From Salibacteraceae bacterium (GTDB lineage Bacteria; Bacteroidota; Bacteroidia; Flavobacteriales_G; Salibacteraceae): a DNA stretch of 47,510 nucleotides. The notes beneath the pieces were generated by a model. That model worked only from the letters and a program-made list of their open reading frames with translations, ran no database searches and was not told where the DNA came from. Each line of letters starts with the position of its first letter. Position 1 is the stretch's first letter. Positions 18,636 through 26,571 of the stretch are shown piece by piece. The DNA lies in the NCBI GenBank assembly GCA_049599135.1, contig JBMYOI010000013.1, positions 1 through 47,510 on the forward strand. Direction: 5' to 3'. Both the position numbers and the translations under genes were made by a program.

Positions 18636-20390
18636 CTAGAAATAGTTGACAAATCCGAAATGAACTTTAGAGGCTCTAAATAATATAGGATTTGAGAATT
18701 GTTTACCTAAAGCATAACTCAATGAGAATATGCCAATTTTAGTTTCAAAACTTATTCCTGCTCCAAAACCAAATGGTGTATCAGTTACCAGTTGATTTCC
18801 GACTTGATTCTCATACCATGCCTGATCATAAAACACGTGTAAATAGGAATTTTGCTCCAATAGAAAACGATATTCTAACGTCCAAATAGCATATGAAGAG
18901 GCGAAAATTGATTCTTCATCAAAGCCTCTCAAAGTGTGCAAACCACCTATTCTATAAATTTCATTGGTAAACAACTCTTCATTAGCTATCAGTCCTCCTT
19001 TAAAACCAAGCAAAACCGTATGCCTTTTTAAAAATGGAAAAAACACACGTGCCTTTCCACTAGCCTTATAGCTATTGGTTTTAAGATTTATTGAATCATA
19101 AACTACTGGATTTATTGAAGGGTTAATTTTTATTTCGCGGTTCCCAAAGCCCGCCTTTAAATCAAAGTCGAAACCACTTCTTGGATTTATACGGTAATCC
19201 AATTCAGAAACATTTGCACCTACCCCAAAAGCATTGTTTTGAACGTCAGCATATTCTGGTAAAGTTGTTACAATATCTAAATTGTAGGTCGATATGAGGT
19301 TCGATTGGTCATTCTCCCAAAACACTTCTATAAAATTACCACCACGAAATATGTATTGAACACCAACATTGGTAGTTATATTCGTAAAAGTTGTATCTCT
19401 TCTATAAATTTCAATTGAACCCTCGGTACCAAAAGGAGTGTTAAACAAAAACGGATACCTTAATCGCGCATTTAAATTCTGAGTTTGACTTTGGAGCCTT
19501 TTCCAATTCAGCTCTATTTCTTCACCCTTTCCCAGTACATTTTTAAGATGAATCTTAACATCCCCTGTAATCAATACTTCACCGGTAGTTTCGTCGGGGA
19601 GAAACCCAATTATACCGTCAAATACGTTTGCCTTTTTATGATTGAGGTAAAGCGTCAATGAAGTTCTATCAGCAAAAAACTCAACTTGGGCCGAACGTAT
19701 TGGGGTAACATAAGGCAACTCTTTTATTCGAGTTCCTATGGCAGCCATTTTTTCTTCATTGTACAAATCACCTTGTTTAATACCCAAGTAATTCATTAGG
19801 TATTGTTTCGATAAAGTAGCACTACCTAAAATGTTTACCGTATCAATCGTTATCTGCTTATTTTTTTGAAGATAAAGCTGGGCAGAAACTTGATTCTCCT
19901 TTATTTCAACACTGTCCAATCGAATTGTTGCAAATGGATGTCCATTGTTCTCGTAATATTCAATCACATCTTTAAACAGACTCCTGATTTCAATAAACGA
20001 CATGGGTTGCTGATTGTAAAGTCGGTCTCTAAAACCAATTTTACTAAGCACCCCTTCATCAACATTTCCGGGCGACAAACCTTTCCATTCGTATGGTTTG
20101 CCCAAGTTAATGTGGTACAATACCTTCGATTTAGAACTATCAACTAATTCAAATTCGGCCTCAATATAACCTGCGGCATAAAGCTGATTTTTAATCTTAA
20201 GAATTTCGGTTTGAAGCTTTATTGAACTTACAGGAGCTTCTGGTAATTTTATGCGTTTTGAGTTGAATTTAGTGGGGGCATCAATAAATTCAACTTGAAT
20301 CAAATACCTATTTGAATCAGCTTGCCCTCCCTGGCCCATTGAGATAAAGGCAGATAAACTAAAAAGAAGAAGCAGGAATAAATGTTTCAA
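18636..20390 (-). CDS. Omp85-family outer-membrane protein (BamA/TamA-like, POTRA plus surface-antigen barrel)
   Basis: 584 aa. Signal peptide, N-terminal POTRA-like region, C-terminal barrel ending in aromatic residues (…FGFVNYF). Confidence 0.7.
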   Translation of the reverse strand: MKHLFLLLLFSLSAFISMGQGGQADSNRYLIQVEFIDAPTKFNSKRIKLPEAPVSSIKLQTEILKIKNQLYAAGYIEAEFELVDSSKSKVLYHINLGKPYEWKGLSPGNVDEGVLSKIGFRDRLYNQQPMSFIEIRSLFKDVIEYYENNGHPFATIRLDSVEIKENQVSAQLYLQKNKQITIDTVNILGSATLSKQYLMNYLGIKQGDLYNEEKMAAIGTRIKELPYVTPIRSAQVEFFADRTSLTLYLNHKKANVFDGIIGFLPDETTGEVLITGDVKIHLKNVLGKGEEIELNWKRLQSQTQNLNARLRYPFLFNTPFGTEGSIEIYRRDTTFTNITTNVGVQYIFRGGNFIEVFWENDQSNLISTYNLDIVTTLPEYADVQNNAFGVGANVSELDYRINPRSGFDFDLKAGFGNREIKINPSINPVVYDSINLKTNSYKASGKARVFFPFLKRHTVLLGFKGGLIANEELFTNEIYRIGGLHTLRGFDEESIFASSYAIWTLEYRFLLEQNSYLHVFYDQAWYENQVGNQLVTDTPFGFGAGISFETKIGIFSLSYALGKQFSNPILFRASKVHFGFVNYF

Positions 20391-20574
20391 TTTTTGAACT
20401 TGACTCGAATGAACGGTTATCTAAAAAATTATTGCCTCAAAATTATACTTAAGCCTTGATTGAAAAGACTTTAAAAATGAATGAACAATTGTTCACAACT
20501 ATACTTGATAAATTGTGCGAATCAAAAATCACTTTAAGGAAGTCAATCCCGAACTTTAACCGTTAATTTGTTTT

Positions 20575-22101
20575 ATGGATAACATCAAAAAAGTAATGGA
20601 CAAAAATTTCAAAGGAAACAAAGCCAATCTTGTATCTGCTGGGTTAGATATGGGAAAGCTTCCACCACAAGCGTTAGATCTTGAGGAAGCTGTTTTGGGT
20701 TCTATGATGCTTGAAAAAAGTGCCGTTGATGACGTTATCGATATTTTAAAGCCAGAAAGTTTCTATAAAGAGGCTCACCAAAAAATTTATGAGGCTATTA
20801 CTATTCTATTTCAGAATAATGAGCCTATTGATATTTTAACCGTTACCCAACAACTCAAAAAAGACGGTGAACTTGGTGTTGTTGGAGGGCCTTATTACAT
20901 TTCTCAACTTACCAACCGAGTTGCCTCAACAGCAAATGTTGAGTACCACGCTCGTATTGTTTCTCAAAAGCATTTGTTGCGAGAGCTAATTCGAATAAGC
21001 AACTCAACCATTAAAGGAGCTTATGACGACACTAGTGATGTTTTTGAATTATTAGATTTTGCCGAAACTCAATTGTTTGGTATTGCTGAAGGTCACCTGA
21101 AGCGTTCTTCGGAAAAAATGCACGACTTAATTTATCAAGCCATTCAACAAATTGAAGACGCTGGTAAAAAAGAAGGTGGCGTATCTGGAGTTGAAACAGG
21201 TTTTAGGGATTTAGATCACCTTACTTCTGGATTTCAACCTTCAGACATGGTTGTTTTAGCGGCAAGACCAGGTATGGGTAAAACCGCGTTTGTTTTGTCA
21301 ATGGCCCGAAATACCGCTGTAGATTTTGGGAAAGGTGTTGCTGTATTTTCATTAGAGATGTCAGCCGTCCAATTGGTAAACAGACTTATTGCAAGTGAAA
21401 CTGGGTTAAGTGCGGAAAAATTAAAAAAAGGAAATTTAGAACAACACGAATGGGAGCAACTGAATGCGAAAATCACGCGATTATCAGAAGCACCACTATT
21501 TATCGACGATACTCCCGCCCTTTCAGTTTTTGAACTTCGCGCAAAATGCCGTCGTTTAAAAAACCAACATGATATTCAAATGGTGGTAATTGATTACCTC
21601 CAACTGATGACCACAGGCTCGTCTGACGGTAATCGTGAGCAAGAAATTTCTACGATATCTCGTTCTATTAAAAGTATCGCCAAAGAATTAAGTGTTCCAA
21701 TTATCGCTCTATCTCAATTGAGTCGTGCAGTTGAAACTCGTGGAGGCGACAAACGCCCACAACTATCTGACCTTAGGGAATCTGGAGCGATTGAGCAAGA
21801 TGCCGATATGGTAATGTTTATTTATCGCCCGGCGTATTATGGCATTATGGAGGATGAAGAAGGATCTCCTACTGATGACCTTGGCGAATTGATTGTTGCC
21901 AAACACAGAAATGGTAGTTTAGATTCAGTTAAAATGAGGTTTATACCTCAATTGGCTAAATTTACCAACCGCGAAGAATATGGTGGTGGCGGTGAAGGTT
22001 TGGGGCCAATTACATTACCTAATGATGACTTTGAAAACGAAGGCAACATTATAATGGGTTCTAAAATGAATGATGGCAGCGATGATGGTATGCCGTTTTA
22101 A
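20575..22101 (+). CDS. dnaB: Replicative DNA helicase DnaB
   Basis: 508 aa. Walker A GMGKTAFVLSMA, DnaB-type RecA fold (VVIDYLQLM), conserved N-terminal domain. Confidence 0.95.
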   Translation: MDNIKKVMDKNFKGNKANLVSAGLDMGKLPPQALDLEEAVLGSMMLEKSAVDDVIDILKPESFYKEAHQKIYEAITILFQNNEPIDILTVTQQLKKDGELGVVGGPYYISQLTNRVASTANVEYHARIVSQKHLLRELIRISNSTIKGAYDDTSDVFELLDFAETQLFGIAEGHLKRSSEKMHDLIYQAIQQIEDAGKKEGGVSGVETGFRDLDHLTSGFQPSDMVVLAARPGMGKTAFVLSMARNTAVDFGKGVAVFSLEMSAVQLVNRLIASETGLSAEKLKKGNLEQHEWEQLNAKITRLSEAPLFIDDTPALSVFELRAKCRRLKNQHDIQMVVIDYLQLMTTGSSDGNREQEISTISRSIKSIAKELSVPIIALSQLSRAVETRGGDKRPQLSDLRESGAIEQDADMVMFIYRPAYYGIMEDEEGSPTDDLGELIVAKHRNGSLDSVKMRFIPQLAKFTNREEYGGGGEGLGPITLPNDDFENEGNIIMGSKMNDGSDDGMPF

Positions 22102-22215
22102 GATTCATTCAAAACGTTAATTCTTTATAACCTTTTTCTGTTTAACCAATTTTGTTGAACCCTTTTGTGACGAGGATTGTTGTGTACGTGCACGACTTTA
22201 AATATCCCAAACAAA

Positions 22216-22798
22216 TGAAAATAATTGCCATCTTATTAGGAATAGTATTCATAGCCTTTCTTGCTATTCAAGTTTATGCAATGAAAACTCAAAATGGAAT
22301 TGAGAATTACCCGTATAAGGTTAATAAAAAACATTCAAGCTTCGAAATCCGAACTTATCAACCAACCCTATTTACCACGATAAAACTGCCCCCAAGTGAC
22401 TATAAAACTTCTTCTAGCAAAGGTTTTTCTATATTGGCCGGTTACATTTTTGGAGGTAATGAAAAGAATGAGAAAATAGCGATGACCTCACCAGTAAGTA
22501 TGTCATTAGAAGACTCGATGACCATGATGTTCATGGTTCCCAAGGAATACAAAAGAGAAGATTTACCAAAACCAATCAATCGCAGATTGAATTTCAACAA
22601 GAACCAGAAAAACGAGTTGCCGCAATTACATTTGGCGGATGGGCTGACAATAAAAGAATTGAAGAATACAAGCAACAATTGATTCAAGCACTTAATGCCG
22701 AAGGTATTGCATTTACAAATAAATTCTACTTTTTAGGATACAATGCGCCATTTGAGGTATCCAATCGTAAAAACGAAGTGATTGTTGAGTTAGAATAA
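22216..22798 (+). pseudogene. SOUL/HBP heme-binding family protein, disrupted by an apparent 1-nt indel (frameshift) near 22568-22590. Possibly a sequencing error in an A-run.
   Basis: The N-terminal two-thirds (…MTSPVSMS…FMVPKEYKREDLPKP) lie in the ORF-track frame. The canonical SOUL C-terminus (IEFQQEPEKRVAAITFGGWADNKRIEEYKQQL…GYNAPFEVSNRKNEVIVELE*) is open in the -1 frame through 22798. A single extra A in the ccaaaacc run would join the two frames. Confidence 0.6.
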
Positions 22799-22939
22799 TT
22801 TACGGAGGAATAGAACTTCTAATTTCATTTTGAAGTTTATAACGGTTTCGTCACTCATAACTAATACTGAATCAGAATTATCTAAATACCCAAAGTTGTA
22901 TTCTTGCCCTAAGAATTTTCAAAGTAGCTGCGGAGTATT

Positions 22940-24295
22940 ATGTCAAAAGAAAAAAAGAAACCAACGGTAGAAAAAACAAGATTACACGAAAGAAACAAAC
23001 ACCGACAACGTTACAATTTTGAGGAACTTATTTCCACTCATTCTCCATTAAAAGAGCATGTTCAACCCAATAAATATGGTGACGATTCGGTTGACTTTTT
23101 TAACCCCGAGTCTGTCAAAGAACTGAATACTGCCTTATTAAAGCATTATTACAACATAAAGTTTTGGGAAATTCCTAAGAACTACTTGTGTCCACCTATT
23201 CCTGGCAGAGCTGACTATATTCACAATGTAGCCGACTTACTCTTTGGATTTAAAACTGCTGATAAAAAAGAAACTGAAGTGAATTGCTTAGACATTGGTA
23301 CAGGCGCAAACTGCGTATTTCCAATTATAGGTGTAAATGAATACGATTGGACTTTTGTAGCTTCCGAAACTGACAAGGTAGCACTTGATGTTGCTCAGAA
23401 AATAATAAACAACAACGAATCTTTAAAATCTAAGGTGGAGCTCAGGCACCAAGAAAAAGGCACTCAAGTATTTAAAACCATAATTCGAGGAGAAGAAAAA
23501 TATGAATTGAGCATTTGTAATCCTCCTTTTCATTCTTCGGCGCAGGAAGCCATGAAAGGTTCTGCTAGAAAAGTTAGTAATTTAAAAGGCAAAAAAGTTA
23601 AAGTTCCAGTATTGAATTTCGGAGGCCAAAGCAACGAGTTGTGGTGTGAAGGTGGTGAAGTAGCTTTTATAAAGAATATGATTCTTGAAAGCAAAAAATA
23701 TCGAGATTCATGTCTGTGGTTTACTACACTGGTAGCCAAACAAAAGCATATGAAATCAATTGAAGATGCTTTAAGTTCTGCAGGTGTAGCAGAAACAAAA
23801 ACAATCCCGATGGGTCAGGGAAATAAAGCGAGTCGCATTGTAGCATGGACCTTTTTCCCTTTTGAACAACGAAAAAATTGGAAAAAGAACGTCGAAGCGG
23901 CTAAAAAATCTGAAGAAGAAATTGAAAACCCGGCTATTGATAAAGATAATGTAGTACAATCAGCACCTAAAAAGAAAGCTGTGGCTAAAGCTAAAGCCGA
24001 AACTGCGACTGAAGAAGTTGAAACCGCTAAACCTGACGTGAAAGCAAAAGCAACTCCTAAAAAGAAAGCTGCAGAAAAGCCTAAAACGGAACCTGTAAAT
24101 AAAGAAGTTAAAAAGGATAAGCCCGTAGCGAAAGCAAAAGCTAAAAAGGAAGACTCCGTTGAAGCTGTAGTTGAAACGAAGACAGAAGAATCTGCTTCCG
24201 AAGTAAAACCTAAGGTAGCAGAAGAAGCAAAACTAGAAGGCCTTAGAAAAAGGGCTAAAGGGAAAATAATTTCAAGAAGCCGCAAATCGGATTAG
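22940..24295 (+). CDS. rlmF: 23S rRNA m6A1618 methyltransferase RlmF fused to a ~130-aa Lys/Ala-rich histone-H1-like C-terminal tail
   Basis: RlmF hallmarks LCPPIPGRADYIH, LDIGTGANCVFPIIG, CNPPFHSSAQEA. From about aa 320 onward: KKKAVAKAKAETATEE…KKKAAEKPKTEPVNKEVKKDKPVAKAKAKKED. Confidence 0.85.
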   Translation: MSKEKKKPTVEKTRLHERNKHRQRYNFEELISTHSPLKEHVQPNKYGDDSVDFFNPESVKELNTALLKHYYNIKFWEIPKNYLCPPIPGRADYIHNVADLLFGFKTADKKETEVNCLDIGTGANCVFPIIGVNEYDWTFVASETDKVALDVAQKIINNNESLKSKVELRHQEKGTQVFKTIIRGEEKYELSICNPPFHSSAQEAMKGSARKVSNLKGKKVKVPVLNFGGQSNELWCEGGEVAFIKNMILESKKYRDSCLWFTTLVAKQKHMKSIEDALSSAGVAETKTIPMGQGNKASRIVAWTFFPFEQRKNWKKNVEAAKKSEEEIENPAIDKDNVVQSAPKKKAVAKAKAETATEEVETAKPDVKAKATPKKKAAEKPKTEPVNKEVKKDKPVAKAKAKKEDSVEAVVETKTEESASEVKPKVAEEAKLEGLRKRAKGKIISRSRKSD

Positions 24296-24311
24296 GTCAA
24301 ATTCAGTTGGA

Positions 24312-25625
24312 ATGATAGGAAAAAACAAAAACAGACAAGCCATTTTAGACAAACTCGGTATTGAGTCTTTGAATGCAATGCAAGAAGAAGCACAATCGGC
24401 AATTGCTTCAAATGCCGAGGTTGTTTTGCTATCTCCAACAGGGACAGGGAAAACTCTGGCTTTTCTTTTGCCGCTTTTAGCCGAACTTAACCCAGAATTG
24501 GAAGAAATTCAGGCTTTGATATTGGTTCCTTCTCGCGAGTTGGCCATCCAAATTGAACAAGTTGCTCGAGATATGGGTAGCGGATTTAAAGTAAACGCAG
24601 TTTACGGAGGCCGTTCTGGCTCAAAAGACAAAATTGACTTAAAACACTCTCCTACTCTATTGATTGGAACTCCAGGGCGAATTGCAGACCATATCCGAAG
24701 AGAAAACATAAGGACAGACTTTATTAAAACCTTGGTTTTAGACGAGTTCGATAAATCGCTTGAAATTGGTTTTGAAGCTGAAATGCGTGAAATTGTTGAG
24801 AGTTTGTCTTTCCTAAAAAAGAAGATATTGACCTCTGCCACTCAAAAAACAGCCATTCCCGATTTTGTAGGACTGAGAAATCCTAAAAAGATCAACTTCT
24901 TGAGTGAAGCCGCGAATCAGTTGGAAGTGAAAATTGTTGAGGCGACCAGAAAAGACAAGTTAGATACCCTTTTACAATTGTTGAAACAAGTTGGGGCTGG
25001 CAACGGAATTATTTTCTGCAATTTTAAAGATACCATTCAGTTTGTGAGCGATTTTCTAGATGATTGGGACGTGAGCCATGGTTGCTTTTATGGAGGATTG
25101 GAACAAGTTGATCGTGAACGGGCATTAATCAAATTCCGAAATGGAACACATCGTCTATTAATTGCAACCGATTTAGCTGCAAGAGGAATTGATGTGCCTG
25201 AAATGGATTTTATTATCCATTACCAACTTCCGTTTAAGAAAGATGAGTTTACGCACCGTAATGGTCGTACCGCTCGTATGAATAGCAATGGAACCGCATA
25301 CGTGCTAAAACACCGAGAAGAACGTGCAGCAGACTTTTTACGTGGTTACGAAACATTAGACCTTAAGTCTGGCGGAAAAATAGATCCTGCAAAATGGGCT
25401 ACTCTTTATGTAACCGGAGGCCGAAAAGACAAAATATCGAAAGGAGATATTGCGGGACTATTCTTTAAACAGGGAGACCTAAACAGAGACGAGCTTGGCA
25501 ATATAGAACTCAAACAAGATTGTGCTTTTGTTGCTGTTCCAGCTTCAAAAGCAGAGGTTTTGGCTAATGAATTAAACAATGTCCGTTTAAAAAAGAAAAA
25601 GGTTCGAATTACCCTTTTGAATTAG
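24312..25625 (+). CDS. DEAD-box ATP-dependent RNA helicase with a DbpA-type C-terminal RNA-binding domain (motif II reads DEFD)
   Basis: Motif I SPTGTGKTLAF, motif II LVLDEFD, motif III TSAT, motif VI HRNGRTAR. The C-terminal YVTGGRKDKISKGDIAGLF… matches the DbpA RNA-binding domain. Confidence 0.9.
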   Translation: MIGKNKNRQAILDKLGIESLNAMQEEAQSAIASNAEVVLLSPTGTGKTLAFLLPLLAELNPELEEIQALILVPSRELAIQIEQVARDMGSGFKVNAVYGGRSGSKDKIDLKHSPTLLIGTPGRIADHIRRENIRTDFIKTLVLDEFDKSLEIGFEAEMREIVESLSFLKKKILTSATQKTAIPDFVGLRNPKKINFLSEAANQLEVKIVEATRKDKLDTLLQLLKQVGAGNGIIFCNFKDTIQFVSDFLDDWDVSHGCFYGGLEQVDRERALIKFRNGTHRLLIATDLAARGIDVPEMDFIIHYQLPFKKDEFTHRNGRTARMNSNGTAYVLKHREERAADFLRGYETLDLKSGGKIDPAKWATLYVTGGRKDKISKGDIAGLFFKQGDLNRDELGNIELKQDCAFVAVPASKAEVLANELNNVRLKKKKVRITLLN

Positions 25626-25735
25626 TGAATTTATTAAAGTCGATAGAGTTATAGCAAGAAGGTTTGCGTCCGCCTTATTAGTTACCATAATAATGGAGCG
25701 AAGACGTCAATTAAAAAATTATAGAAATATTCACG

Positions 25736-26458
25736 TTGCGAGTTGAAGTAAAAGAACCAAGAATTAAATGTTACAGATGTATGAGACCATCAAGCTCTTG
25801 CATTTGCAAACACACCACACCAATCCACACCAACACTCGTTTTGTAATTCTTATGCACCCAAAAGAGTATAGAAAAGAAAAAAACGGAACAGGTCACATG
25901 ACTAGGCTTCAACTCAAAAATTCAGAAATTATAGTTGGCGTCGATTTTACTGATAATGTGCGGGTAAATGAAATTCTAGCACAAGAAAAAAGTGATTCGT
26001 TTTTACTTTATCCTGGAGACAATAACTTTAATCTATCGAAAAGAAATAGTTCCGAAACGGGCTATTTTATGGGCAATACCCCAAACCTGTTTATACTAGA
26101 TGGCACTTGGCCTTGCGCCCGCAAAATGCTTAAACTAAGTACAAACTTGCAAAAACTAAAAAGAGTAAGTTTTGATAATAAAATCAAATCAAAATTTATT
26201 ATCAAACAACAGCCAGAATCCCTTTGTCTTAGTACTATCGAATCAGTATATACCGTCCTCAACTTACTTAATAAAACCAACCTTGAGCAATGTGACACGA
26301 AAGGGTTTCTTACTCCTTTTGAAAAAATGATTGAGTACCAAGTCGAATGCATTTTAAATCCAAACAATAAAAACTATCGGCGAAGTACCAAAAGAGAGAT
26401 TGTTCCTAAGACCATGTATAAGAAAAAATCGGATAGAAACACCTTCTATAAACAATAA
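25736..26458 (+). CDS. DTW-domain protein (tRNA-uridine aminocarboxypropyltransferase TapT/YfiP-like)
   Basis: Cys cluster CYRCMRPSSSCIC, the ILMHPKE…NTG motif and LFILDGTWPCARKM (the DTW motif). Confidence 0.8.
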   Translation: MRVEVKEPRIKCYRCMRPSSSCICKHTTPIHTNTRFVILMHPKEYRKEKNGTGHMTRLQLKNSEIIVGVDFTDNVRVNEILAQEKSDSFLLYPGDNNFNLSKRNSSETGYFMGNTPNLFILDGTWPCARKMLKLSTNLQKLKRVSFDNKIKSKFIIKQQPESLCLSTIESVYTVLNLLNKTNLEQCDTKGFLTPFEKMIEYQVECILNPNNKNYRRSTKREIVPKTMYKKKSDRNTFYKQ

Positions 26459-26571
26459 ACTAACTTGTTTAATTAGCGACAACCACTCTTGCAAATATTA
26501 ATAAGACGATAACATTTTGTACAAAGCAAATCAACCAAATTCTCGAAAGTAACAAGACGATTGTTTTACAT

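Noticed and set aside
22163-22200. Shared 10-mer acgaggattg plus gtac-N-gcacg near 22170 and 31315, both upstream of plus-strand genes
   Set aside because: A 10-mer match between two sites in 47 kb is expected by chance many times over, and there is no extended alignment. It is not evidence for a shared regulatory motif.
23815-24285. 156-aa antisense ORF, Ala/Ser/Phe/Leu-rich, opposite the RlmF tail
   Set aside because: It is the reverse complement of the GC-skewed Lys/Ala-rich coding repeat. Low-complexity mirror ORFs like this are artefacts and there is no independent start or RBS context.
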